Below are positions 1-13,339 of a stretch of DNA of 64,000 nt, one piece after another. A program made the position numbers and the translations under genes. The notes below the pieces were generated by a model. It ran no database searches and had not been told where the DNA came from. It was given only the letters and a program-made list of their open reading frames with translations. How positions within the stretch are numbered: position 1 is the stretch's first letter; each line of letters starts with the position of its first letter. Origin of the DNA: Girardia tigrina (lineage: Eukaryota); NCBI GenBank assembly GCA_001938485.1, contig MQRK01192830.1, positions 1 through 64,000 of the forward strand, read 5' to 3'.

Positions 1-478
1 TGATACGTTTGAAGCAAGCAATAGCCGAAAAACGGCCAGAATGGGCGACCAGACACGATAAATTGATTTTCCATCATGACAATGCTCGGCCACATGTTGC
101 AGTACCGGTCAAAAATTATATGGAAAATGCCGGATGGGAAATTCTACCTCACCCGCCTTATAGCCCAGACATAGCTCCTTCTGATTACCACTTGTTTCGG
201 TCGATGCAGAATCACCTTTCTGGAATACGGTTCACCAATNNNNNNNNNNNNNNNNNNNNNNNNNNNNNNNNNNNNNNNNNNNNNNNNNNGCTTGATGACT
301 TTCTCGGCGCAAAAGATGAGAAGTTTTTTTGGGATGGAATCCGTAAATTGCCTGACAGATGGGAAAAAGTTGCCGCTTCCGATGGACAATATTTTGAATA
401 AAATATTTATTCACTTTTATACTTAAATAAATGGTTTTTTTAACAAAAAATACGAAATTAATTAGTTGTACACCCAAT
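1..478 (+). mobile_element. mariner (DD34D) transposon 3' part: transposase C-terminus plus right TIR
   Basis: ORF 9-401 has FHHDNARPH and HPPYSPDIAPSDYHLF. A TIR-like ...ttagttgtacacccaa followed by TA lies at ~451-480. Contains N gap 240-289. Confidence 0.9.
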
Positions 479-1014
479 ATATACAAAACATATCTTCTTA
501 TGAACTTGCACAGCGGTTTTCCCTTTGCGAAAATAATGCAACAAAACATGACGAATATGCTCATTTTGATTTTCCATTTCGAATTGACGGTAAAGTAATA
601 AATTAAAACAAAATCAATTAATATTTTGTATAAACAGTCTGAAAATTGAGGTTTCAGAATATATAATTGAATTTAAATTTTATCAAATCGTTTTATATTT
701 TCAAGCTTTTTATTAGGACGTACTCAAAAACTCAATGACTTTTTGGCCAACCAAATAGCATCATTAACAATTCAAATTTAATATCGAACTTGTCAATTTT
801 AATATCGGAATTATAAAATCTAATTGGAAATTAAATTAAACAGCGACAGAAATGACAATGACATGAGAATTTATTTAATCAAAATTAGTTTTCATCGTTA
901 TCAGTGGGTTTTGACAGAGCTGACGCAATAAGCCCAACACAGATCGATAATTTGTTTTGGAATTTCTACTAGTGTGATTCAAAGGTTTTTTTCGTTTTTC
1001 AACTTATATTTTCA

Positions 1015-2427
1015 TAACAACTCATAACTAAGCATGTAAATCTTTTAGAATCTTCTTTTCTATTGATTTCGTCGGTATAACCCCGTCTTGAAGAGTTATC
1101 TCCTCTTCATACAATTCATCGTCTAATTCGTCCAATTCCGCTACTGAATATTTCCTATTTGTGTACGTCGGACGGTCTCAATATCTTTGATTCGACTAAT
1201 TTTTCCTATCATTTTCCCATCGATTTCTTCCATTATCTCGTTTCCATTGCTCGCGTTCCTTAAACCTATTCGGGTTTTCATAACATTGTGTTCTTGTGTC
1301 CTTTTTTATTGTAATGATTACATGTCACATTTGGACAATCTCTTCTAACATGTCCTTCTTCATGATATGCCCAACAAGTAATTTTCCTGACTTTAAAATT
1401 TCTTCTTGTATCTTCTGGAATTTCTCTATTCTGCGGTCTTGTTGTTCTCCTTTTATTTTCCACTGTTTCCATTCATTTTCTCTTTTTTTTATTATATGCT
1501 GCCACTGGTGCGTTTCTTTTCTTTTTCTCATGTTCGAACATTCTTGTTTGTATTTCTTCAATCTCATCACATTTCGTGATACCTTGAATGGCTATTTGTT
1601 TTTGTATATCATAATCATCTATCAAGTTAGCATATACTAAATTCGATAGTTCTTTCTTACCCAAATTTTTCTCTACCAATTTCTCTATTAGTTCATCTGC
1701 CTTTCTAAATATTATTGTGGGGTCGCTGGAGCTAATTCTCAAATCTAACATTTCTTTCATTAAATCTAGTACGGTTTTTTCCTTGGAGAACGCTGCTCTT
1801 AACTTTTCTATACATGTTTCACCGGGTGCTGTTTCATACTTAATTATTGCCTCCGGAATCATGTATGGCGTGACTAAAAAGATTTTCCTTTCCTCCGAAA
1901 ATCCCCTTATCTTCGCGTACCTGTTGAAATTCTTTATAAATGCTTCTACTTTTGTCTCAGATCCGTCGAATGTTCGTGGACCTTTGACATTCGGAGTCAC
2001 GTGGTCGTGTGTCGCCATAATAAGAACACACAATTGACTTTTCATATTTTTATTTAAACAACAATTTTTATTGTCCTTAAGACAATCTTTGTCAAAGCTT
2101 TCGTACGATTGCATTCTAAACTAAATTGATTAATGAATTAATTCTTCTTATATTTTAGCAAATGGGAAATAAATATTTTAATAAAATATTCACTAAAAAA
2201 TTATTGGATAGAAATTAAAATGATTATTAATTATTTAAAACATATTAATTTGATTTATTTATTAAAAATTGTAAAATTATTTAAAATTAAAAATAAATTT
2301 AAACATTACATATTTTTAGATAATAAGAATTAAAATATTAATCATCCATCTGGATAGGAGAGACACATTTCCAAATCAACATACACATTCTAACACAAAA
2401 CATCAAACATTCAAATTATTCCTCACA
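1015..2427 (-). mobile_element. Ty3/Gypsy 5' fragment: 5' LTR (2018-2427), PBS and frameshifted gag
   Basis: LTR matches the solo copy at 48429-48864. PBS TGGCGAC at 2017. Gag MATHDH... (1473-2018) with double zinc knuckle TCWAYHEEGHVRRDCPNVTCNHYNKKGH (1278-1472). Confidence 0.85.
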
Positions 2428-2585
2428 ACCGGTATTTGGAAAGAAAATCAACTTCGGTAATACCGGTATTATGGAGTTTCAAAACAGGTATTAAAATTAA
2501 GAATCAATAAAGCATTTGAATAAAATAACAAATCAAGAAGAAAATGGATGACTCTTTGACAGGTACTATTTCTCGTATGGTAGCT

Positions 2586-4131
2586 GGATCTTCGGAAAGC
2601 GTGCCTCTACATTACTTTGGGGACGTCCAATTGTGGAGCACATGGAAAGGTACGCAAATAAAAACAAAGGCATAATTTCTATTGCTATTAATGCCACTTT
2701 TCGATCGAAAAACACAGCGAGTCTAATTTAATCATTACTAATCGATTGAATTGTCTCAAGGCAATTTTTATCATCCTGATTATAATTGCAGTAGATGCGA
2801 TTCAGGAAAATGTTGCTTGTCATCAGTAAATTCGAATTATCGTCTTTAAGTTCACTAACGATATTTAATTTTTTTATTGGTTTTCATTCAAATGTTTTAT
2901 CATAAAGATTTGTCAAACTGTCGATTGATAAAAACCAATTCGTTAATTTTTGTGAAAGTACTTTTTTTATCTCATTGGATTTATCGAAATAACGAAATAG
3001 AATTGAAAATCTCGTAAATTTGAATCAAAAACAATTTATTTTCATACACATGTTTTTTAAATCGACACACTCGATTTGTTATTGTTTTAACACATTTAAA
3101 CAATTTTTTTAAAAAAACTTTAAATTAAGTGACATTTAACAAAGAAACAATTACACATACACGAAAACTCATCCAATCACATTTTGAAAACATATTAATT
3201 ACATTCAAATACACACGCAATCATAATTAACATTTTTCAATTATATTTCATTAAATTCACACACACACATTCAATAAGACAATACACACAACACAATTAA
3301 ACACATACTCAATTACATAATTTACTTGCCATGAATTTTTATTTTGGTGATTCATATTCACCAATTTGATTCGAAATAATATTCAAAACAATTATCGATT
3401 TGCAAATGAATCCACAATCTACAAAATACCACCACGAAACTAGATGAAAGTGATGGTTTAAATATTTTATTTAAGTTACTTACTTTAATTTGATTAATTA
3501 ATTTATTTAATATTTTAATTTAATTGCTCTAATTACTTGATTTTAGTTAATTTGTTTTACTTTATTATTTACTTTTAAATATTTATTTAAGTTAATTTAT
3601 TAATTAAATATTTAATTAAATTTATTTTATTAACAACAACACAATTTGAATGCAAACATTTATTTACAACTCAAACAGATTCTTCACAACAATTTTCAGA
3701 GGTCATCTTTCTTTGATTGATATAGTTTTTGATTAAATATTCAAATATAAAAAAACAATGAATGGGAACTTTTAATATTACATTTTAATTTCTCATAATT
3801 TTATTGGATAAAAAGACATTATGTAATTTTTTAATAAACATTAATTTTTAAAATATATTAAATTTACTAAGTTAAAATCGTTTACTGAAAATATTATTAA
3901 AATTCATAATTATCAAACTTTAATTAATTAGTACTTAAAATTAATATCATTAGATTAGTTTCATTAGATTCAAATAATCAATCAAATAAAATATCAATCC
4001 CATCTGAGTAGGAGAGTCACAAATCTAAACAGCATACAAACAACAAATTTACCACATTCCAAATTATCCCTCACATATTTATTTTCCTTAAAATTGGCAA
4101 ATGTTCGGTCAAACCGGCTAATTTCCGCTCC
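2586..4131. mobile_element. unclassified insertion inside the hAT transposase
   Basis: GG...CC ends, flanked by (g/a)GTAGCT direct repeat (2579-2585 / 4132-4138). Removal restores the hAT reading frame MVAKD. Confidence 0.65.
3628..4075 (-). mobile_element. solo LTR (TG...TA family)
   Basis: Near-identical to 49335-49784; 5-bp TSD TATTT on both sides. Confidence 0.85.
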
Positions 4132-6273
4132 AGTAGCTAAAGATGCCTCACCATTCAATCTTTTTTGCTCTTCATATATTATACAAAGTTTACTTCAATA
4201 TAAGGGTATCATTCCAAAATTTCGAAATACTATTTAAAAATGGTAATGGATTACGGGGAAAAAATTCGTGCAGAAATCATTAAAGATTTTCTATTTCATA
4301 AACTTGAAAATCATAAATTTAGCCTCATTTTCGATGATTGGTCGTCTATTAAAAACTGCCGTTACATAGACATAATTGTTCATTGGAATCTTGGTCTTGC
4401 AAGAGTTCATAGTTCAAAGTCTACTGAAAACTTTCTTGAAATTTTAAAATCCAAATAGTTTATATTCAAACTTAAGTTAGACGATTTTGTTTCTAGTACA
4501 ATAGATGTTGCATCTCAAAACAGAAATAAAACATTTTTTGGAGCAAAATACCAAGGGAAAACATGTGGAATTTTTATATGAAGATCTATTGACAATCGCT
4601 CCATCAAGTATTAAAGCGGAGAGAGCCTTTTCTGTTGTTCGTTTGTTTTGTACCAAGATAAGATCCAGAATAAATGACTCTACTTTGGATTGTTTGTGCT
4701 TCTTGCGCTCATATTTTTGAATCAATATAATTAGTTCATCAGTTTTTGATATTCTTCTTTTGAGCTTCTTGTGATAATATTTTCGAACCAATAGTATTAA
4801 TTAATTAATTTTTGAATAATTAGATGGTCTTATCATTAAACACTTAAGATTAATAGAAAAATACCGTCATTTTTATAATATATCAAAATAAATGAATGAT
4901 TTTTAAACAGTTTCATTTTTCCTGACCAATACCGGTAATACCGGTATTACAAAGTTCGGTGAGAAACCAATACCGGTATTGGAAAAATCCGGTATTTTGC
5001 ATTCCCTAGGTGTGACCCTCTGTCGTTTTGGAAGCAAAGAAATTGTGGCAGCCTTGTTCAACCTCTTCTACTGAATCGAACTGCCGCCCTTTGAGAAAAT
5101 GCGCCATGACCCGAAAAAAGTAGCAGTTGTTTTGGAATCGTGTTTGCAAAAACTAAGATTTCTGCCAACTTGGCTACACAATAATAAAAGAAAATAACGC
5201 AAAAAATGTTAATAACAAAATATATTGATAAATCACAACTTTTCAATCGGAAGGAGTAAAAAGAAGGTAATAAAAATATAGATCGCTAAACACGAAGTTG
5301 GTACTGGGAGAACAACAATTATAATTAAATTACTTTATCTAACAACCAAATAATCAATGAAAATAATTATGAACACGGGATCAAAGTTGTTACTATGATT
5401 GCAGTTAAGTAAAATGATAATTGTTCCTGAACATTTGCTGAAATATCTTCGGATCTTGTACTTATAATCAACTAGGAATGATGCGTTTTATTTTTTTTCA
5501 GATTTAGGATTTCGTCCTTTAAATATTTTACAACGGAATTGAGATATTATGATATTGGTAATTATTGTAAGTTCTATTCTTGGCAATTTGAAGACAGCTG
5601 ATTCACAATAATTAATTCTTTGCTTCTTTAAAATAATTCTTCACTTTAATAATGTCAGCGGTTTTGTTTTTAGATTTTTAACGATAAAAAAATAAACAGA
5701 TTGTAAATTATTATTTCGGATATTAATAATATTGATTTTTTAATTTATCGTTTTCTTTTTGAAATTTATATTATTACATGATATAAATTATCCATGGAAT
5801 AATTCAAATAAATAAAGAAAAATAATAAGTAAGTAAGTAAAAAATAATAATAAATAAAAAAATAATAAATTTTGTCGCAATCACATACCATCAGACAATA
5901 ATAAATAAAAATACCATATACAAATAAACAAAATAAATAAATAAATATTATTATAGTGCAGAAATACATAAGAAGATCCCCCAAAATCATAAACACGTCA
6001 AAAAATGACAAATCAAAAGCAAAAAAAATAGAAGAAAGTCGCTATTAAATAGAATATCCAATTAAAAATTTAACTCTATTCCACAATTTGGTATAAATAA
6101 AAAAATATGCGGGTACTACAATAGTCACTGGGGGGCAAGGTCGGGACTGTAGGCAGGGTGTTGCAAAACCGGAACCAGCTCGAAGTGGATCACCCCATCG
6201 AAATTCCACCATACACAGAGCAATACTTTACAATCGAAGCGTCCTTGTTTAACCGGGCTGCAGCAGCTGCGTT

Positions 6274-7769
6274 CAGGCACGTACGCAGGGGGAGATTAGG
6301 GGAATAAATGCCCTCCTGAAAAGTTTGAATTATGATCTTAATTGCATTAAAGTTTTTTTAACTGAATATTAATAAAAATAAATTAAAATCCTTAAGTTTA
6401 AAATGTGAAATATCCAAAATAATCAATATTTTGCAAATTTAAGAAAATCCCCTCCCCGAAAAATTTAAATGTTGTTCTTAATTACTTCTGTTTTTAAACT
6501 GACTATTAATAAGAAAAAGTTAAAATATTTGAGTTATAATTTTGGAACTATCCGAAACAATTAATATTTTGAAAATTTAAGAAAAACCCTCCCACAAAAA
6601 ATTTTAATTATAATAAGTTTTATAACAAGTTTTGCGGAACATAGAAATTTTTCTTCTTCAAAACAAAACATGCTGCAGATAAGGAAATCCTCCTATCTGG
6701 TGTCATGACAAAACATCCAAAAGGCAAAACATCCAAAAGGATGTATTGCATCTGGACAGGTGCAGGACTTCAGATGATGAAGCTAATACAATATTTAGTT
6801 CTGGATCATCTACTCCCACTGTCATTTAGAATAAAGTCTTCAGTAGGCATGGTCCTTGTTTTTCTGTACTCGTTTGGAATCACTACATCTGCACGACAAT
6901 GGGGTATAACATAATTAACCCTCTGGCAACCGAGTCTTCTGCTCATAGACTGATCCAGTGAATGTAATTCCAGTAGTGCTCTAATAACAGCAAACATTCA
7001 TTTACCACGGCACGTGGAGACTTTCCCGTAGTCACTACTGATTATCTAGTATGCCCTCGTACTTTGGCAACATTTACATGGATTGCCGAAGGAGTACATG
7101 AATAATTTACTGTAATACTAACCTCGTTCTCTGTATTTATTTGAGCTCGATTTGGGCATTTCTCAGTGGTACAGTACCTCTCACATTTCCAATAGAATTT
7201 GTCTTGTAGATTGAATATCTCAAATAAAAATGGTCTTAATGTGCTAATTTATTCTTCATTTTTTGTGATTTCACAAACATGATGGAATATTTAGTTATTC
7301 AAATAAAATATTTTATTCATTCTCATTATTTCATTCAAACTTTATTTGTATTTTTTTGAAGAAAATAGTTATTATCTTTTACGGTGAATGGAAAATTAGA
7401 CTCACATATCATCTTTTGTGATTACAGTTGCGATTGCTTTTTTATCTATTACTGAGATGAAAATTATCAAGAGTGTTTTTACCTTTTGGATGTTTTGTCT
7501 TTTGGAGGTGCTGTCTTTTGGATGTTTTGCCTTTTGGATGTTTTGCCTTTGGATATTTTGCTATTAACCTCTCCTATCTATAGAAGCCAGTAATTAAAAA
7601 TGGACAAGTGATATTAGTTCTATTAGTGGTATTTCGAAGGTTTTATAAATTTTATTATTTTAATAATAATTAACTTAATTTCTTTAACTCTAAAAAAGAA
7701 CTCGAAAAAGAAAAAAATATTACATAATAGTATATCCCCTCCCAAAATATTTTTCTGCGTACGCGCCTG
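6274..7769. mobile_element. non-autonomous hAT element
   Basis: TIR caggcacgtacgcag / ctgcgtacgcgcctg and perfect 8-bp TSD GCTGCGTT. A related left end lies at ~24144. Confidence 0.9.
6699..7570 (-). mobile_element. MULE/Mutator deletion derivative
   Basis: 9-bp TSD CTCCTATCT (6690-6698 / 7571-7579). TIRs are built of tandem aaaacatccaaaag units. Minus-strand FLYWCH-like KFYWKCERYCTTEKC and IPNEYRKT..EDFILNDSG. Confidence 0.8.
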
Positions 7770-8154
7770 GCTGCGTTGAAGCCTTTTTACCAGTAATGTC
7801 ACAAAAGGGCTCAAATTCCGTATTTTTCGCTCTCCATAATCTGATAAAAACAAACAAACGTTTAATGAATAAACCAGCACTATACAAGGAGATTCATCAT
7901 GCAATACCATAATAAATAATATAAAAATCAATAATGCCAAAATAGAATATTCAAATAAAATAACTGTCATAATGTAAGGCATAAAAAAACGAAAAAAAAA
8001 TTTGAATCACCCTAGTATTTCACGTATACGGGTGGAACCTCGATAATTCAATGCTTAAACTGACCCCAAGATATAATCGAATTAAACGATAAAAATTTTG
8101 TATTTAATTCTATTAAAAAATAAAAAGAAAACTTAATTTATTCAAAAGATAATA

Positions 8155-8612
8155 CAGTAACGCACCGTCCTGGCGTATTCCATCGGTAAAATGCACAACT
8201 TACTACTGCTCAGTCGTTCACCTTGATCACTGAGACATCGAGCACTCTCAATACTTGTCTCTCTGACAATTACTATGATAGCCCCATCATCAATATACAT
8301 TCGGTCACAATGCTGCGGACAACCGATTATTTCCGCAGGCGTTGTCGTTCCATAAATGGTGGTCGTTTGCATAACCGATGTGGTCGGTTCGGTGTACGCT
8401 TCTAAAAAGGTGAAAAAAAATTGCAAGAACAAAAAAAGAATTTTTTTATCAATACCAAAATTCTAGTTTGATTAATTAAGCTTATAATTAAAAGAAAAAT
8501 CAACTCCATAAGAAAGATTTATATTTTCATCTATACAATATATTTTTGTTAGTTTATTAAAACAATTGTTTGTCGTTAATAAAAAATCATTTTTACAAAG
8601 AAAAAGTAAAAA
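8155..8612 (-). pseudogene. host-like exon plus upstream intron, copy 1 (Thr-rich then Cys-containing segment)
   Basis: Polypyrimidine-AG acceptor at ~8403 on minus, then AYTEPTTSVMQTTTIYGTTTPAEIIGCPQHCDRM. Direct repeat of ~13472-13930. Confidence 0.45.
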
Positions 8613-8629
8613 AAACATATTTTTTATAT

Positions 8630-11600
8630 GGTTGTGGTACACAACATAGCCCCCCCCGTTCGAAAGTCGAAAATATGTTAGGATGAGAGGAATGTGGGGT
8701 GGTGTTGTCAAGTGTCTTTGCGTCGTAATCGTACTATGACTGTAAATGTTTGTGTTGGTGTTCATGTCGAAAATCTTGCGGGTTTTGTTTAAATATGTGT
8801 TTGTGGGTGGCTGGATGAGGTGGATGAGTTTTGTGTGTTTTGTGGTGGTGTGTTTGAGTATTCAGGTTGCTCTGGTTGTGGTTCGGTGACGTTAGTTGTT
8901 GTATATGTTGAAGGTTGTGTGAAGGTTTGAGGTCAGTCTGAGGCGTTCGTCTCGAGTAATTTGCTTAAAAAGAATGATTCTGGTAGTGGTTTTGAGCTGT
9001 CTAAAAGTGGAACGTCATCAATGACGAAAGCTGGTTTCGTGTTGCTTAAATGGACTGTGGTCTCTGTGCCATCTTTTAATATTTTCGCGTTGAAAGAGAA
9101 AAGTTCTATGATTTTGTGAGGTCTGGTGTATGCTGGCTGGAAACCATGAGCTATGGGGTTCTTGAGTCAAAGGAACTTTGCTGAGCATTGTAAATGGTTG
9201 GTAAAAATTCTCTGATATGTGTTGGTGTTCGTTGGATGGTTTCGTTTCTTATGTCGTCGAAAATATTTCATGGCGTCGTGATTTCGGTGTCTGAGGGGGT
9301 GAGGTTGCAATCGGTGAGCTCGACTGGGAAATGAATTGGAGTACCGTAGAGGGTCTGTGTTGGGAAGGTGCTCGTGGATGTGGTGGGCGTGTTTCTCCAA
9401 CCGAAGAACACGAGGGGTAACATGTCTAACCAGTGGGCGTTCGTGTCGGTTAATATTTTCAGAGAAGTTTTGAGTGTACAGTGGAAACGTTTTAGAGCGC
9501 CATTTGATTGGGAGTGGTATGCGGAAGGGTGGAAAGAGCTCGCTCCTAGCTTCTTAATTAACGTGTTAAAAATTTCGGTCTCAAACTGTCTATCTTGATC
9601 TGTGATTAAGTGTTTTGCTACTCCGAAACGACAAACCCATATGGAAAGGAAAGTGCGGTAAACTGTTTCACTGTAGATGTTCTTTAGTGCTACAGCTTCG
9701 AGCCATCTGGTTGAGCGGTCCAACATGGTTTAAATGTACTCGTAGCCGAGGTCGTTCCGGACAAGATCGAATAAATTGATATGGACCGCTTCGAAACGAG
9801 ATGTTGAGGGAAAATGGTAGAGCGGTGGCATGACCTTCTTCAATGACTTGTATCTTTGGCATAGTGTGCATTGGGCTGTCCACGTTTTTATGTCCCGTCG
9901 CATGTTCGGCCAGATGACGCGGGTATTTAGGAGTTTGTAAGTGTTCGAACTGCCGAGGTGATGCAGGTTGTGTATTCGTTCAAAAGAATCCTTCCTTAGG
10001 TCTTTTGCTAAGATTGGGCGCGAAATTCTTGGTATGCTGGTGTCGTAAACTACGCCGTCTTATGAGATATTCTTAAAATGTACGAGGTCGTCTGGCGATG
10101 GGGGAAAAGGTGCGAGTCGTTCAGCTGTGAAAGTGGGGCGAAAAGTGATAACGTCAACTGAATACGATAAAAAATCGGCTGCAGTATTCTGTTAACCCGA
10201 AATGTGTGTGATAGTTAAATTGAAGTCTGAGAGGAAAGATATTTAGCGCTGTTGGCGTGGTGAGGTGTTCTTCATTCCAATTATGTACACTAAGGGCTTA
10301 TGGTCCGGATGATGAAACTTCTGCCTTGTAAAAAATGCCGGTAGTGTTTGACGGCAAACACGATTGAAAGCAGTTCTCTGTCGAAGGTGGACTAACGCTG
10401 TTCCGCGGCGCTAAACTTAGCCGAGTAGAATTCTAATATTTGGTGAGCGTTTTTAGATAATTGGTGTAAGATGACTCCTGCTGTCTGCTGTAAGGAACAG
10501 TGTCGCTTCTTTCTTTGGGTAGGCTAGTATTCGCAGATCTTTCAGTTGCTTTTTTAAATTCTTGAAATTTGTGAGGTGCTCTTCAGTTCAATGAATTATA
10601 GAACGTTTGGGACCTGAGCTGAGAGTAGACAGATTTGATGTTAGGTGTGAGCATTAGGGAATATAGCGGTGGTAGAAATGAACTGTTCTTAGAAAGCTTC
10701 GCAGTTCAGTGATGGTAGTTGGTATTGTGATGTTTTTGATTGAATGTAGCCGCTCCGGTAGTGGTGAGTGGCCTTCATGTGTAATGAGGTAGTCTAAGAA
10801 CTTGATAGACTTCATGATAAATGTCCATTTCCTCCAATCCACTTGCAAATTGTTTTCGTGTAGTCATCGGAAGAAGAGTTTCAAATGATTGAGGTGTTCT
10901 CGTCGGTTGTCGGAGGCCGTTAAGATGTCGTCGATGTAGGCCGTAGTGAATGAGAGGCCTGGCAGTATTGAATCGATATGCCTCTGAAAGGTTTGGGCGG
11001 AATTCCTCTAACCGAAAAGCATGAATAAGTATTCGAAAAGACTGATGTGTGTTGTTGTCTTTTGAATATCGGCCACAGACAGGGATTTGGTGGTATGATT
11101 TTCGTAAATCGATGGTCGAGATGTTTAGGTCATCTACTTTATGCAGAATATCGGTTACCAGCGGGAGAGGGTAACTATCGTATTGGGTGGCGTTGTTGAG
11201 CAAACGGTAGTCTTCGCAAGGTCGTATTGTCCCGTCTTTCTTCTGGACTATGTTTAAAGGTGATGCCCAGTGTGACGTCGATCGTCTGATGATTCCCAGT
11301 TTTTCTAACTCGAGGAAATCTGCCTCTGTCATGGCGCATCGGACGAGTGCTAATTCTCTGCGCTTTTGGCGGATGGGTTACATGGAAGGTGTCATGATCA
11401 AATGTTCTGTGTGGGACTTTTTGTCGCAGGTGAGGTTTTTATAGATGGTGTATGGGCAGTTCTTGTAAATGAAATCCTCCAATTCTGAATGGTAGCGTTT
11501 TGTTTTTCGAGTGGTGTTGGTGGTGTAATGGGATCATTTGGTTCGAGGTTTGGTGGAGTAGACTTTTATAAGTTGCTTAACGACGGTATGGGGTTCTTTA

Positions 11601-13265
11601 AACTAGGTTTGGCAATGTAGTCGTCATGCACGTGTTCTGGCCGTGGTAGTAGTTGTTTGTTATGGCCAGCAGTCTATGATGTGTCAGGAAATCGGCGCCT
11701 AGAATGGGTTGACGTACGTCTATGATAAAAAATTTCCAAGTGAAAATGGATCGGGTATGTGGCAGTGTAAAAACTAGATATTTGAAACCAGTTGATTTGA
11801 TCGGTATGCCACTAGCTACTTGAAAATATCCCTCGTAAGGGTAGTCTGGTGTGGCGTAAGAGAATGTTGGTATCACCGAAACGGTCGATCCAGTATCCAC
11901 GAGTAGGTCTTAAATCGAGGCGGAGTCATTGTTTATGGTTGCTGGCACGGTGAAGGTTGTTGTTGCTGAAAGTTGATAAAAGTTGGAAAAATTTTAGGTT
12001 TGTCGGCGAAATAAACGCCCTTACCAGGGGTAGCAATGCCCTCTGGTGGGCCGTTCAGTTGAAAGGTTAATTTTCGAAGTTGTTTTTCCAGGTGCTGTTT
12101 TGTACGCCTTTCCGGGCATTTGCCCTAAAGGTGGCGTCGTAGACGTATATGTTCGGTTTATACTCGGGTTTGTAATATTTGCAATAGAAATTACAATGTT
12201 TCGCCGATTTTGAGAATGTTTTGTGGTAGTAACATATGGGTGTAAAGTATGAGGTGGGTCGGCGTCGGTAGTTCTCTGTCGTGGAGTTCCTATTGGGTGA
12301 GCGTGATTGTCGGTTCGAAAGTTGTCCTACAGGGAGAGTTAAGGATGCGATGGATTCCTGTAGTCTTCTGGTGGTGTACTTGAGTGCCTGTAGGTCGTCT
12401 TTGGTCGAAGCGGTGATCGACGGTGCTGTTTGATTTTGTCTTATTATGTCGATGGATTTATCGGCAATTGCCGGAATCGGAAGGGGGTACGATGGCGAGA
12501 AGGAGGTTCAAGTTTGACGGCAAACTTTGAATGAATAAACGTCTCAGTAAATCGTCACATGTCGTGAAGGCTGCGTTCAATGAAGTTAGCTCAAGTTTGG
12601 CCTTTCTCAGGTATTCTGAGGGTAAGGTATTTCCGATTGCGTTGGTCTTGAAGTATCGTGCCACTAAATCTTGTTGATTTGGTTCGGTTAGTTAGAGATG
12701 GTCTCGTCAGCTCGTCGTAGTAATGGTCTTGGGTCAAAACTTGTGAGATGTTTGTTTTTCATGCGAGATAGTCGGCTGGGAGCAATGACAGAAGGCTATT
12801 GGCTAGGTGGAGCTGTGAGGTCATGCCTGAGTCTTTGGACCAACACTTGTGGATGGTGAGCCAGGAAATTGCAGATTCGATCGCGTCAAGAAAGAACTAG
12901 TCGGAATGTTGCACTTCTCCAGTGATGTTTTTTTCTCGTTGTCGGTTAGTGGTTCGTTCATTCTGCTACGGAGGGGTAAGTTTATTTCTATGAAGTTGGT
13001 GGCGCGTCTAAAAAATCGTTTAAGGGGAGCTGACTACACGGTAATGCAGAAGGTTTTGCTGTATGTACTGTCGAGACTGTTTGCTATGTTGCTGTATAAA
13101 TTTCGGGTCTGGAATATGGTCGGGAGGGTGGTGTGTTGTGAATTATAAACACCTCTATAGAAGAAATTGAGTGTGGGTTTTAAAGGTTGAGTCGGTTTGT
13201 GAAATTGTGGCGCGTGTACCCCTTTATGTACTGAACGGTTGCGCCGTGTGGTGTACCCCATTACA
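8630..13265 (-). mobile_element. Ty3/Gypsy retrotransposon, CsRn1/Kabuki-type, degraded; 3' LTR mostly deleted
   Basis: Gag CHCC motif CYYHKTFSKSAKHCNFYC (~12180-12235), protease VDTGS, RT YHQIPV / AYIDDIL, RNase H STFDRELL, integrase HHCC and ITDQDRQFE. PPT G-run at ~8650-8657 followed by TGT. Confidence 0.92.
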
Positions 13266-13339
13266 ATAATTACACTGATAATTGATAACACTGACACAAA
13301 AAATAAAAATTTACATAGAATATAATGATATGGAATAAC

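Larger units (their letters stand above)
2428..5008 (+). mobile_element. internally deleted hAT (Ac/hobo-like) transposon, left TIR lost
   Basis: Subterminal ACCGGTAATACCGGTATT repeats at both ends; right end ...gcattcccta. Transposase pieces ISRMVA|KDASPFN, FSLIFDDWSSIKNCRY and the hATC motif IAPSSIKAERAFS...CFLRSYF. Confidence 0.85.
969..8015 (-). mobile_element. internally deleted mariner, expanded by nested insertions; transposase pieces at ~7778-7840 and ~6115-6273
   Basis: TA-flanked TIR pair ctagtgtgattcaaa..ttttcgttttt (969) / aaaaacgaaaa..tttgaatcaccctag (8015). Minus-strand MESEKYGI*ALL*HYW*KGFNAAAAAR, KVLLCVWWNFDGVIHFELV and VLQHPAYSPDLAP. Confidence 0.8.

Noticed and set aside
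5766-6011. Hydrophobic ORFs rich in F/I/L/Y (also 7623-7982, 27593-27778, 49773-50045)
   Set aside because: These are AT-rich compositional artefacts with no motif or splice support.
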